A DNA stretch of 64,000 bases from Longimicrobiales bacterium (GCA_965248195.1 CBDFIQ010000001.1:256001-320000); one strand, 5' to 3'. Positions 27,950-39,075 are shown, counted from the first letter of the stretch. A program made the numbers and translations. Notes: generated by a model not told the origin, from the letters alone.

Positions 27950-29325
27950 GGTAGTGTCCCTAGATTTGTGTAAAAGCGGATAAGCTGGACAGGAGGGAAA
28001 GAAAAACGGAAGCTCCTCTGTTGTTGTTCACTGTCACATGAACCCGGGAGTCCGGGTCTGCAGAGCAGGCTCGGAACCGGAGAGGAGCTTCCGATGCAAG
28101 AGATTGTGGAGATCGGTCGGGCCACGCAAGACGAGCTACGCGATGATTTGCGCGAGCTGTTTCAAGGCGCGATCCGGCTGACGCTCGAGATGGTGCTGGA
28201 AGAGGAGCTGAAGGCCATGGTAGGTGCACGCCGCTTCGAGCGGGTGGGAAGCCGGAAGGACCATAGGAACGGCACATACCTGAGGCGGCTGCTGACGAGC
28301 CTGGGGCAGATCGAGGTCGCCATGCCCCGGAGCCGGGACAACGGTTCGCCGGCCGACGTGATCGGCCGCTACCAGCGCAGGAGCCCCGAGCTCGACGAGA
28401 TGATGGTCGAGGCGTATGTGAGCGGCGTGTCACAGCGCAAGATGGGCGACGTCACCGAGGCGCTGATGGGCGAGCGTGTTGGGCGCTCGACGGTGAGTCG
28501 TGTGGCAAAACGGCTCGACGAGGCCGTGGAAGGGCTGCGCCGTGCGCCGATCGAGGGGCCTCACCCCTATCTGTACCTGGACGCCACGTTCTTGGACGCC
28601 CGCTGGGCCCGCAAAGTCGAGAACGTGAGTGCGCTCGTGGCGTATGCAGTGGGCCCTGAGGGTCACCGACGGCTCCTGGCCGTCACGCTGGGCGCTGAGG
28701 AGTCGCAGCAGAGCTGGTCGGAGCTCCTCGAGCAACTCCAGGACCGCGGCCTCGGCGGTGTCGAGCTCGTGATCGCCGATGAGCACGCAGGCCTGGCAGC
28801 TGCGGTCCGCCGCTTCCTGCCCGAGGCACGCCGTCAGAGGTGTACGGTCCATCTGCAGCGTAATGTGGGGGCGAGGGTCCCCCACCGCCTACGCAAGCGC
28901 GTGGCGCGTGAGGTCTCGGTGATCTTCCAGACATCCGGACTCGCCGAGGCGAAGAAGCTCCTGGGCGAGTTCGGCGCACGCTGGAAGAAGGAGCTGCCCG
29001 AGGCCGTGGAGGTCCTGGAGCGGGGCTTCGGGGCAGCGACGCAGTTCTACGCGTTCCCCGAGGCGCACTGGCCCCGGCTGCGTACCACCAACAGCCTCGA
29101 GCGGCTGCACGGCGAGATCAAACGCAGGATCAAGGCCGCCGGCGCCTTCCCGGACCGGGCCAGCGCCCTCAGGCTCATCACGGCCGTCGCACTCAGGACC
29201 ACACACGTCTGGGGCGACCGGCGTTACCTCGACCTCTCACTCCTCCAGAAACAGGAGGTCGCCCAAGCAGCCTAGCCGAAGGCGAGGAGCTTCCTCCGCT
29301 TTTACACACAAATCGGGACTTGACC
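27950..29325 (+). mobile_element. IS256-family insertion sequence B (1376 bp)
   Basis: Terminal inverted repeats GGTAGTGTCCCTAGATTTGTGTAAAAGCGGA / GGTCAAGTCCCGATTTGTGTGTAAAAGCGGA; 8-bp target duplication ATTCCGCC at 27942-27949 and 29326-29333. Confidence 0.93.
28094..29275 (+). CDS. IS256-family transposase
   Basis: HRNG, MPRSR, YLYLDA, VIADEHAGL, QRCTVHLQRN, RTTNSLERLHGEIKRR, FPDRAS. Confidence 0.95.
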   Translation: MQEIVEIGRATQDELRDDLRELFQGAIRLTLEMVLEEELKAMVGARRFERVGSRKDHRNGTYLRRLLTSLGQIEVAMPRSRDNGSPADVIGRYQRRSPELDEMMVEAYVSGVSQRKMGDVTEALMGERVGRSTVSRVAKRLDEAVEGLRRAPIEGPHPYLYLDATFLDARWARKVENVSALVAYAVGPEGHRRLLAVTLGAEESQQSWSELLEQLQDRGLGGVELVIADEHAGLAAAVRRFLPEARRQRCTVHLQRNVGARVPHRLRKRVAREVSVIFQTSGLAEAKKLLGEFGARWKKELPEAVEVLERGFGAATQFYAFPEAHWPRLRTTNSLERLHGEIKRRIKAAGAFPDRASALRLITAVALRTTHVWGDRRYLDLSLLQKQEVAQAA

Positions 29326-31097
29326 ATTCCGCCCATTTGCCGCCTCTGTCGCCATGACGTCGCCGAGGACGACGATCTCCAGGCGATCCAGGGAATCGAC
29401 TTCAGGATTCAGTTCGACTTCCGCGACGATCTCGAGCCGGCCACCTCTGGTGATCCGGATCTCCGAGCCCATGGGCTGCCCATTCACGCTCAACTCGAGA
29501 AACGGCCCGTTCGTCACGTACACGTTCCCCCTGCTGTACGCGTCGAACCAGGCATCGACACTGAATGGTCCGTCTATCTTGGCGTAGTTACGAACAACTC
29601 CCGGCAGATCCATGAACGGGAAGTCCGATCCGGCCATCGGAAGGATCTTGTAACCAAGGTTGAGGAAGTCGTACCAGGGCTCGAAAGCGAGCCGCCCGTT
29701 CTGGAGGACTTCAATGAAGTCGACGATCCCAAAGGGCACGTCGAGGGCCAAGCCGCGTCTCCCGTTGAATAGCTGCCCGTGATGGGCGTATCCCGATATG
29801 CCCCCCTGACGACTCACCTGCTCAAACGCTTCGTGATACGCGAAGTAATCGTCTGTCGGAAGGTGGACGGGCGCCACCAGGTTGTAGTGCAGCGTGTGGC
29901 CGTGCTGGACGGTACGCGGATCTTCTTGCGAGGATACGATCACGTAGCCGTCCCGTTCGAACTGTCCTTCGCCGCCCCACGCAGGTTGCCTGAAATGTGT
30001 TCGCGACAGATTTCCCATTTGGGTCAAATTCATCAGACGCACGTCCTCCGCGGCCCCATATGCCCAAACGTCGTCGTCTTGAACGACATCCCGACCGATG
30101 TGCACGTGCCCGTCGCTCGAATACCACCCTCGTCCGGCCAAGTCGGCGTAGCGCTCGAGCGCAACATCAATGTTTGTGGTTTGGTCGGGTGTGATTTCGA
30201 CCCGGCTCCGATACGCCTGGTACTCGTAACCCCGTGTTACGACGATCTCATACGAGCCAGTGGGCACCTCCGCCTCATACTCGCCGTTGACGTAGAATGC
30301 CTGACGGTTCTCGGATGGCCAGAAAGCATGTTCGTTGACCCGAAGGCGTCGCACCTGGTCCCCGAATCGAGTGACGAGCACTGCCTGATCAGAAGGAAGC
30401 GGCAGCCGTCCGGTAGAATCGTAAAGTCCGACGCGGGCTGGTATCGAGCTGCCGGACTCGGCATCTCTGAGCCGCAAGCGGATTCGGCCCATGCGCGCGG
30501 GCGGCGAGGTGGTTCCGCTGCGAGTCAACTCGATGCCGCAGAGCGCCACTCCCCCGCGGCTGGACACGGCGATGTCAATTCCTCTGCTACCTTGTCCGGC
30601 GAACCGAGCTCGTTCCAGGGTGACAGTTACCTGCCGCAGTGCGGAACCCGGCTGGACCTGAACTTCCTGGCTGCCTACACCTTCCCCTCCGTTCGCATCC
30701 CAGTAGACCGTGAACGGCGCAGTGTAGGTCGGTGCGTAGGTGAGTGTGAGTGTCACGGACTCGTCGATGTCGAACGCATAGTCGTCGTCGACATCAAAGC
30801 CGAGCGCACCGCCGATTGCGCAAAGTCGGTTCCCTACCGAGCGCATCATCAACGTTGACCGGAACGCGCCGGATCCCAGCTCGGGGTAGCTAAGGGCGTA
30901 ACTCTGGGCTATCCGTGGCATGGTCCACTGAATAACCTCAACGTAGATGGGGTCATGGCCGTAGAGCGGGACGGGGGCAGCACTAGCAGGCAAGTAACCG
31001 CTAAGCGCCAGTAGAATGGACCGCATGACCACAGCCACTGGAGGCAGGCGAACTCTACGCATCGCGTTTGATCTCCGACTTTAGGTATTTTCGCACA

Positions 31098-31126
31098 CGA
31101 AAAGGCGATTTCAGCCGGAAATCGCC
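31098..31126 (-). terminator. Probable intrinsic terminator/attenuator hairpin
   Basis: 9-bp stem GGCGATTTC/GAAATCGCC with a 5-nt loop, followed by TTTT on the minus strand, ~35 bp upstream of the 31062 start. Confidence 0.4.
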
Positions 31127-31230
31127 GGAATCACCCCCCAAAACAACCGAATACAACCGCTTTCAGAGATGCATTTGGGATGCAATGCTCACCGCGCTTC
31201 AGCAACACCAACGGCAGCCCCGCCACCAAG

Positions 31231-31326
31231 GCTCCACCTAACCACCTGGCCACGGTTGTTGATGCCGCGGGCCTCACTTACTCCGTCTCCGTCCAGCGTG
31301 CCGAGGTCGGTCAGAGAACCACCTCC
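31231..31326 (-). pseudogene. Isolated fragment of an HAF-family extracellular repeat protein
   Basis: GGGSLTDLGTLDGDGVSEARGINNRGQVVRWS matches the DLGTLGG..S.A.GIN..GQVVG.S repeat; no intact gene surrounds it. Confidence 0.65.
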
Positions 31327-31388
31327 GAGGACCTGTAACGGAGGCCACGGCGTGCCTCGAGACCGATCCTCATAGGCGACGACGAACG

Positions 31389-33461
31389 TCAGACGGCATG
31401 ACGCCGCTGCCGATCCCACTGCGGCGACAACACTTCGAGGGTTGCCCAGGCTTCGAGGTCTCCCATCGGATCGACGGGCTCGGACAGGAGATCCTGCAGC
31501 ATCTGACGCTGCTCCTGCACAAGGCTTGGCACGTCTTCCGTCTTCCAGAACGGCTGGCCATCAACCACGACGTAGATAGGCGCGCTGTGCGCCAGCGCGA
31601 CGTACGGACGCTGCTGTCCCTGGCCCGGCTGCGCCTCGTCCTGCTCACCGACCACGCGGATCGCAACCCACATGCTGCGTTCGGCCACCAGCTCCGTCTG
31701 CAACTCGAGACGCTCCTGACCGTTCCCTTCGGCCGTCGCGACCACGTTTCCGTGCACCACCAACTCCAGCTGTCCCATCGCCTGAAAGTCCGGATTTAGC
31801 CGGGCGATGGCGGCGACGTCGAGCGTCGTGCCGCGTGCCACTCGGAGCTCTCTACCCATGCTCTCCCCGTTGATCGTGAAGTCCAGAAGCGGACCATTCG
31901 TCACGAACGCGTGTCCCGCACGGAACGATCGATACCACTCGTCTGCATCGAAGGCTCCGTCCAGTTGGACGTAGTAGCGCTCAACCCCGGGGAGCGACGG
32001 GCCGAAGTACGGGTAGTCCGACCCGGCCGATGGGGTCACCTTGAAGCCCAGATTGAGAAACGGATACCAGTTCTCGACCCTCAGCCGGCCCCCTTGCAGC
32101 ACCTCGATGAAGTCGACCAAGTCGAACGGCACGTCGAGCGCCAACCCTCGCGGGCCGTTGAATAACGCCCCGTAGTGTGCGTAGCCGGACACGCCTCCCT
32201 GGCTGTGCGACTCCTCGAACACTCTGTTGTAGGAAAAGTACTGATCGGCGGATAAATCGATCCACTCTGGGTTGTTAAGGTGGATGGTATGGCCCCGCTG
32301 GGTGGTCCGTGGCCCCTCCTGTCCTGAAACGATCATGTGCCCGTCGCGCAGGAACCTGCCGGCCTCACCCCACGCAGGCTGCCGATAATACGTTGTCACG
32401 ATGTTGCCCATCTCGAGAAGATTGCCGACGTGGATATCCTCTGCGGCGACCATCCCCCAAACGTTCATGTCGTTCACTTGATCCCGCGCGAGGTGTAGGT
32501 GATCGTCGCCCGAGTACCAGCCCCGCTCCGGCTGGTTCGCGTACCGCTGCATGGATATCGTGACCGTTGTCGTCTGATTCGGAACGATATCGACGCTGCT
32601 CTGGTGGAGGCGGTACTCCAATCCCTTGCTGGCCACGAGCTCGTACGATCCAGCAGGCACGTCTGCTTCGTAGCTCCCATCAACGTAGAAAATCTGACGG
32701 TTCGCTGATGGCCACATAATGCGACCTGATACCCACAACAGGCGGGTCTCATCCGAATAACGATGCATGAGAAGCGATTCGCTCGATGGCAGCGGCGTCC
32801 GACCCGTCGCATCGTAGAGGCCCAGCCGCGCCGGGACCGGCGCACCCGTCTGCCCGTCCACTACGGTGATTCTGATCGTGCCGCTCTGAGACGGAGGCGG
32901 CGTCGTGCCGCTGCGTGTCACGCTCAGGTCGCATAGGGTGATCCCTCCACGTGCACCGATGGCAAGATCCGTGTCGAGAATGCCGAGTCCGGCGAACCGC
33001 GTGCGGTCCAAAGAAACAGTGACCTCTCGGAGCGTCGCGCCAGGCTCCGGAGTGATGGCCGTCCCGCCGTATCCCTCTCCACTGTTACGGTCCCACGCGA
33101 CCCTGAAGGGCTGTGTGAACGCCGGCGCATAGGTAACCGTCACCTCGACCGGTTCATCGATGTCGAAGGCGTAGTCGTCGTCCACATCGAACGCGAACAG
33201 ATCGCCGAACAGGCACGACATTCCGTCGACGGTGGTCAGAGCCGTCGCAACCTTACTGCCGTTCAGACCGAGCTCAGACCTGTTGACCCCCAGGACACGC
33301 GTGATATTCTGTTTCGGCCACGACAGGACCTCCACCCGCCGCGCCTCCTCACCATGCGCGAGCAGACCCCCCGCCACCATCATTCCGCTCATCGCTACCA
33401 CGACAAGAGTCGCCCAGATACGGCCCCGACCGTACCGGTTCACTAATCCGATCGATCTCAT
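31389..33461 (-). CDS. Secreted CehA/McbA-family (PHP-like) metallohydrolase, paralog of 25964..31062; C-terminus probably truncated
   Basis: Signal peptide; shared N-domain FDVDDDYAFDIDE; WYSGDDHLH, GYAH, GSDYP, VTNGPLL, AHSAPIYV; stops shortly after DPMGDLEAW whereas the paralog continues. Confidence 0.8.
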   Translation of the reverse strand: MRSIGLVNRYGRGRIWATLVVVAMSGMMVAGGLLAHGEEARRVEVLSWPKQNITRVLGVNRSELGLNGSKVATALTTVDGMSCLFGDLFAFDVDDDYAFDIDEPVEVTVTYAPAFTQPFRVAWDRNSGEGYGGTAITPEPGATLREVTVSLDRTRFAGLGILDTDLAIGARGGITLCDLSVTRSGTTPPPSQSGTIRITVVDGQTGAPVPARLGLYDATGRTPLPSSESLLMHRYSDETRLLWVSGRIMWPSANRQIFYVDGSYEADVPAGSYELVASKGLEYRLHQSSVDIVPNQTTTVTISMQRYANQPERGWYSGDDHLHLARDQVNDMNVWGMVAAEDIHVGNLLEMGNIVTTYYRQPAWGEAGRFLRDGHMIVSGQEGPRTTQRGHTIHLNNPEWIDLSADQYFSYNRVFEESHSQGGVSGYAHYGALFNGPRGLALDVPFDLVDFIEVLQGGRLRVENWYPFLNLGFKVTPSAGSDYPYFGPSLPGVERYYVQLDGAFDADEWYRSFRAGHAFVTNGPLLDFTINGESMGRELRVARGTTLDVAAIARLNPDFQAMGQLELVVHGNVVATAEGNGQERLELQTELVAERSMWVAIRVVGEQDEAQPGQGQQRPYVALAHSAPIYVVVDGQPFWKTEDVPSLVQEQRQMLQDLLSEPVDPMGDLEAWATLEVLSPQWDRQRRHAV

Positions 33462-33726
33462 CGAACTCTCCCCTCAGCCAGAGTGATCCCACCTTACTCG
33501 ACCACGCAACTCAGCGAGTAACCGCTCGCCAACGTGGGTACTCGAACCCCTCCGGCTCGACTGGGATTGATCCGTGACCCAGGACGGCGACGCCCGTCGC
33601 GTGCTGCCCCTCGCGTGCTGCCAGGAGAGTCACAGTGAATCGAACTGAGTCGCGAGGTTGGTATGAACTCCCACCTGGTGTCCGGAGCTAGGTCCCGGTG
33701 CCGATGAGATGCATCGGCCGTCGCAT

Positions 33727-33756
33727 CCCCGACCGGCTCCTCCGAGCCGGTCGGGG
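33727..33756. terminator. Strong GC hairpin downstream of the susD-like gene
   Basis: 13-bp perfect stem CCCCGACCGGCTC/GAGCCGGTCGGGG with a 4-nt loop; no clear U-tract. Confidence 0.45.
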
Positions 33757-33803
33757 GGTATCAAAACACGACAGTGACTGAGCCGCCACGGGCCGCCATC
33801 CCT

Positions 33804-35450
33804 CTACAAATGCGGAACCTGGTCACCGGGATTGCCCCCGAGCGAGCCGAGCCCGGTGCAACCGCTCGCTTGCGCATTTTCCCCACCACGGGCCCCCCAG
33901 AACGTGTTTCCTTGGTATTCAGTACCGTCCCACAGCTGGCGCACCCCACCCCGAAGCTGATAGCCTTGCAGCCGCGTTATTCCTTGCTGCCTGGGGAACC
34001 ACAGGACATCGGTGTTCTGGATCTTCGTCGACCAGTATCGTCCCCCCAGGTTGAAGAATTGTCTGCGACGCTCTTCGAGCGTCATCGCGCGAGTGGCGTC
34101 GGCGTCGCCCAAGAGCGTTGCCAGATACGCGCCCGAGATCTGCGGTAAGCCGCTATCGGCCCGTAGCACGTTGACCAAGTCGATAACACCCTGGAGGTTA
34201 CCCATTTCGTGCAACTCGTAGTCGGCCCGGATTAGCGTCAGCTCCTGCCAGCTCATATATGGGATGTCAGCGTCGTCCCCCGTGTACGTGTTGGGAACCT
34301 CGCCCGGCTCCGGGCCCGCAATCGTTGCCTTGAAGTGCTTGACCCTAGTGTCCTCGACGGCGGTGCTGCCAGGAATCGGCGTTGGGGGGGCACCAAGGTC
34401 CCGGAACTCCTCCGCCCAGCGCACTGGCAGGTTGCCGGCCTCGAGCGTCCGCCCGTCCGGTTCAATGCCGAGAAATATCCATCCCGTGAACGGTATTGGC
34501 GAAGTCCACTGCAGACCCGTGGCTGGGTTTGGATCAAAAAACGCCGGGTTCCACCACGTGATCATACCGTTCAGCGCGGACCAGCGTCGAATCGTACCGG
34601 TGATGTGGATCTTGTTCCTCCGCGTCGGCCCGGTGTCCCGTGTCACCCAGGCAGTGAAGTCGGGATCCGCATTCAACACGGCGAGGGCGGCGGCGTTTGC
34701 ACCCGTCAGATCGTCGCTCGCCCATAGGATCCTAGCACGGATGGCCTCCGCCATGTTTTGGGCGCTCGAGGCGGCGCCGAACGGCATCGCGAAGTCGCCA
34801 CCTGCCCCGGCGATGTGCGTGGTCGCCCTGTTTAGCCAGGCGCCAGCAACATCCATCACCTCAGGTGGCGTCATGAGGTCGCTCCCGTCGATCCCCACCT
34901 CGCAGAAGAACTCCCCGAGATGGGCCAGGGAAGCCGCAATGTAAATCGCGCTGATCGCGGAGAGCCTCTCGCCCTCCACCCCAAGCGACCACTCGTTCTG
35001 GATCCGGTCGTACACGCCTTGCGCCGCTCCTTCCGACGTTACCGTCTTCCCAGACGGGGTCATCAGGGCCGGGTCGTTCGACAGCAACGCACGCGCACCC
35101 GTGATTTGGTCGAAGAAGGACGTGTCAAGATCGCTCGCGTCGCAGTCGCCAGTGCTGGGCGATTCGTTATAGAGGGCGTACGTGCGGAAATTCCCGGCCT
35201 GCGGATCCCACATGTCCTCGAAGCCTCCTGCGGACTGCCCCCACGCCGAGTACCCACACTCGAAGAGCGCGATGCCCGAGTTGACCTGAAGCTCGGCCGT
35301 GCCGGGGTCGCCGATCGCCGCATCGGTCAGGAGGTGGGGTAACTCGACTTCGAGCAGGTCCTCGCAAGCGGCCAATGCCCCCAGCAACGCCGCCAAGAAC
35401 ACCACGTGACCGCATCGAGCCACCAATCTAACTCGCATAGTCTGTCGCAT
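33804..35450 (-). CDS. SusD/RagB-like outer-membrane lipoprotein
   Basis: Lipobox LAAC-EDLLEV; C-terminal ELTLIRAD...VNVLR...LEERRRQFFNLGGRY pattern; directly follows the SusC-like gene. Confidence 0.75.
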   Translation of the reverse strand: MRQTMRVRLVARCGHVVFLAALLGALAACEDLLEVELPHLLTDAAIGDPGTAELQVNSGIALFECGYSAWGQSAGGFEDMWDPQAGNFRTYALYNESPSTGDCDASDLDTSFFDQITGARALLSNDPALMTPSGKTVTSEGAAQGVYDRIQNEWSLGVEGERLSAISAIYIAASLAHLGEFFCEVGIDGSDLMTPPEVMDVAGAWLNRATTHIAGAGGDFAMPFGAASSAQNMAEAIRARILWASDDLTGANAAALAVLNADPDFTAWVTRDTGPTRRNKIHITGTIRRWSALNGMITWWNPAFFDPNPATGLQWTSPIPFTGWIFLGIEPDGRTLEAGNLPVRWAEEFRDLGAPPTPIPGSTAVEDTRVKHFKATIAGPEPGEVPNTYTGDDADIPYMSWQELTLIRADYELHEMGNLQGVIDLVNVLRADSGLPQISGAYLATLLGDADATRAMTLEERRRQFFNLGGRYWSTKIQNTDVLWFPRQQGITRLQGYQLRGGVRQLWDGTEYQGNTFWGARGGENAQASGCTGLGSLGGNPGDQVPHL

Positions 35451-35473
35451 GATTTTCACCCTCGCCGGATCCA

Positions 35474-38400
35474 TTAGAACGTCATCCGAAGCGTGAGGTT
35501 CACGCTGGACAGTGGCGGCATCTCCCACCAGCCGCCAGATCCGCTGAGATCCCTTGGGCTGCCGAATTCAGGGTCCGTGATCTTGACGCCGTAGATGTGG
35601 GTTTGCGCCCGCCAGATCGTCCACAGGTTGCGGGCGGACAGCGACAGACTGGCTCGCGACACGCCCCGAAGCCACGACTCTGGAAGCTCATAGCGCGCGC
35701 CGACCTCGCGGAGCTTCCAGAAGTCCGCTTTGAACAGAGTCTTCTCGTGACTTGAGCTCGTGGAGTTGAGAGCGAAGGAGGAAGCCCAGAGCGGGTCGTC
35801 TTCGGTCAGGGCGACTTGGGTTTCTGTGTCGATGTGGGCCCACGCCTTGCCATCCTCTCTGCCCCATCGGCCGTATTGGCCCTCGGCCAACGCGAAGATC
35901 TGAAGCGTGTTGTCGAGCAAGCTGATACGCGGCGCCAGGCTAAACGAGTATGGTGCAAACGCCCTGCCTGACCAGATGTACTGCCGTCCACCGCAGGGAG
36001 CCACCTCCCCGCCCTCCAAATTGCCGTACTTGCTGTTCTCCAAAATCTGCTCTTGCGTCAGGTTCGGGTCGTCCCGGTCAAAGGGGCCCAGGAAGATTCC
36101 CATGTCACACATCGCACTCATATTCCGACCGTACACGTTCGTGAGCGACCCCGCGGGATCGAACTCCGCGCTCACCACCTTGGCCCTCACGACATTACTC
36201 GGAAACGGCAAGCCGATCTGGCGGCCGTTGCTCTAGCGGGCCACGGCCGGGTCATCCAGCTCTTTGATCTCGTTGTTCGTGTAGTCGGCCATCACGTCCA
36301 AGTCGATGGAGATCGCAGAGCTCGTGTAGAGCCGGGCGTGGAGCTGTGCTTCCCAGCCCCAGTTGTCCAATCGGCCGAAGTTCCGTTGGACCGAACCGGG
36401 AATCCCGAAGCTTCCAAGGACCGGCACGCTTAGCAGTAGATTTTCATCCTTGCGCCAGTAGTGCGTAAACTCCGTTGCCAGCCGATCGTCGAAGAACGCC
36501 GCATCGAACCCCATCTCGAGCTCTGTGCTCACTTCCGGCTCCACGCCCGAGTTGCCAGGGCTCTCCGGCTGGATCGCCGAGACCCCACGCGGGCCCGGAA
36601 TCGCGGAAAAGGTGTTGAATCCGGCGATCGCGGTAGGTTGGCGACCCGCTCGGCCCCAGGCACCGCGAACGCGCAGGGAGTTCATAAAATCGAAAGCCCA
36701 GAAGTCCTCCTCCGACACCACCCAGGTGCCCGAGACCTTCGGATACGTACGGGCCGGCGCGTCCGCTCCGAAAGTCGAGTTGTCGTCGAAGCGTAGCGCG
36801 CCCGTCACAAAGATTCGGTCATTCCATCCCACCTCTTCCTGGACATAGAACCCCAGTGATTTGTCCTCGACGTTCTCATAAATCGTCGCGAGGGTCGCCG
36901 GCGCGACTTGGTTGATCGTGGTGGACACGGGCGAGGCAAAATCCCGGCCCTCCAACTCGATCTTGTCCAGACGGTTCACATAGTACTGCGCACCGAACGA
37001 TGAGTTGGACGACCAGCTGTCGCTCAAGGTGAGCCTGGCTGTAAGCGAGTAGTCGAAGGTCTCGGCGGTCGTGACCGGCCGTTGGTAGTTCAGTTTGCCC
37101 GTGGTCGTCGCGCCGAAGGTGGGCAGCCACTCGTCCGTGAACTCCTTAAGGTGATCCGGGACCACGTTCTGATGGACCCGGAACAGCGAGTTGTTGATGT
37201 CCCAGCCCTTGTCGATGCCGATGATCAGTCGGGACGAAATGGTCCCCGTCACGTCCATGGGCAGAGAAAACGAGCCCGACTGAAAGTTCGCCGTCGCCGA
37301 GCCCGTGAAGCGGGTATAGTCACGCGTTAGCTCGATGTTCTCGTGGTCTGTTGGAAGACGCTCCTGGAAGCCGCCCAAACGCGGGTTCGAGCCCGGCGTG
37401 CCGAACGGGCGGTTGGTGTCCAAGAAATAGCCATGGGACCAGATCATATCCTGCCAGATCCCGCGCTCACGTTCCACGGCATCCCCGAACCGTGTAAAGC
37501 CGTCCGTAAAGCCTGTCGAAAAGCCCACCGTGAAGAACTCACCAAGGTTCACGCCCAAGTTAGCTCGGATTTGGTACTTTTCGTCCCGGTTGAATTGGGT
37601 GAAACCTTGGTCGTCGGTGTAGCCCGCAGACGCGAAGTATCGGATCGTCTCGCCCCCGCCCCGAATGTCCGCCTGGTACTCCCGGGAAGAACCGTTCGAG
37701 TAGAGGTTCTCGGTCGGCCACGGGAAGTAGCCCTCACGAATGTAGCGAGTCCCCTCGTCGTACATGTTGTACGCCTTAAGGTCGTTGCGGTCAGTACAGC
37801 CGTACGTTGGAAAAGCCGGACAATAGTAGAGGTCGCCAAGCCGGCCAGCAGGGTCAGACATGTAGTTCGTGCCCTCGCGCACAGAGAGGCTGAACTCTGG
37901 CGCACCCTCTCGACCCTTCTTCGTAATGATCTGGATCACCCCTGCTGACGCCTCCGTGCCGTACAGGCTCGCCGCTGCAGGACCTTTGATGATCTCGATA
38001 CTCTCGATATCAGAAGGATTGAAGTCGTTGAGCACGTTCACCTGTGCGCCGCGGCTGAGCTCCGGACCGGCGTGGGTTTCGTTGTTGACCCGGATGCCGT
38101 CCACGTAGATGAGCGGCTGGCTGCGATCAAGGTCGAAGCTGCCCGTGCCACGCAAGCTCATCGGTGAGCCGGTCCCCACGTTCCCAGCCAAGCGCGAGAA
38201 CCTCACCCCACCCCCAGCACGGCCCGACAGCAGATCCTGAAAGTTTCTGACCGGAACCTGCTGCGCGATGTCGCCCACGTCCACCGTCATAACCGAGTTT
38301 CCAAGCGTGCGTCGCTGGGTACCGCCGGGGGTGCCCGTGACGATGATCTCGTCGAGCTGCAGCGCTTCTTCAGTCATAGCGAAATTCTGCTCGACGGTTT

Positions 38401-38705
38401 GACCGCCACCGACCGAAACCTGCGCCTCTGTCGTCCGGTACCCGATGCGGCCCGCGCTGAGTGTGTGGATGCCCGCGGGCACGTTTTGGAGACAGGTAGC
38501 GGCCGTTCTGTTGCGTCAGGCCGCCCAAGTCCAATGCGGAGATGAAGACCTGGACTGCCGCCAACGGCTGCCCGGTCTGCGAGTCCAGTACCCGACCAGT
38601 GACCGTACCGCCCTGCTGCGCGCCGATACTCGGCACTACGAGGAGGAAGGCCGTCACCAGGACGCCGAACCCACTCAGCACTCTCGAACCCAATCCTGTT
38701 TTCAT
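35474..38705 (-). pseudogene. SusC/RagA-like TonB-dependent receptor with a +1 frameshift (~38492) and an in-frame TAG (36233-36235)
   Basis: Signal + carboxypeptidase-regulatory-like domain (MKTGLG..GTVTGRVLDSQTGQPL); plug PLIYVDG..DIESIEIIKGPAAASLYGTEASAGVIQIITK; barrel ending LRMTF. Removing one base gives GRYLLQNVPAG; frames 36233..38482 and 35474..36211 are the same phase (..PAVAR*SNGRQIGLPFP..). Confidence 0.85.
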
Positions 38706-38851
38706 AACTCCCCCTTTGGTTGAACCACTCACACGCAACGGTCCGGGAGTGGGCCTCCTCATCCTCGCTGCCACCGCTCGTGTACCAAGCCAAGCAAGCA
38801 AGCAAAAAAATCGCCGTGATGATGCGCAGCGCAAGTCAGCACCGCAAGCCT

Positions 38852-39075
38852 GAACGCTGTTAAGAAATCGTAGCCACAGCTGGAGCACCGGGCGCGAGCG
38901 AAGCCGTGCGCCAAAATACCGCAGCGGAGATAGGCCCGGAAGTCGCGCTCGACCCACGAAGGGACGCTGTCTCCCATGCGATCCGCCTCGGTGGCTTGCG
39001 CGAGGAAAGTCTCGAGGTGATGTTGGACCAGCGGGTAGAGCGGTGTCTGGGTAGGGCGGCGGCGGTAGACGGGCC
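38852..39075 (-). mobile_element. IS91-family transposase remnant (N-terminal zinc-binding domain only)
   Basis: VYRRRPTQTPLYPLVQHHLETF...VPSWVERDFRAYLRCGILAHGFARARCSSCGYDFLTAF; breaks off before the expected SCK.RGFCPSC. Confidence 0.8.

Larger units (their letters stand above)
25964..31062 (-). pseudogene. CehA/McbA-family (PHP-like) metallohydrolase with a C-terminal TM anchor, interrupted by two IS256 insertions
   Basis: Removing both IS elements plus one copy of each duplication joins 31062-29326, 27941-27493 and 26027-25964 into one ~749-aa ORF (..EAANGRN|RITLRTEIP..; ..LLALII|AFMRL..*). Motifs WYSSDGHVH, GYAH, GSDFP, VTNGPFL, AHSAPIYV. Confidence 0.85.

Noticed and set aside
26036..29325. 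Composite transposon formed by the two IS256 elements
   Set aside because: The elements differ in sequence and each has its own target duplication, so they are independent insertions.
36233..36235. Pyrrolysine or programmed read-through of the in-frame TAG in susC
   Set aside because: The same gene also has a frameshift, the locus has several other lesions, and no pyl genes are seen; nonsense mutation or error is simpler.
38785..38810. CAAG tandem repeats as IS91 target sites
   Set aside because: Short low-complexity run not clearly at an element end; IS termini cannot be defined.
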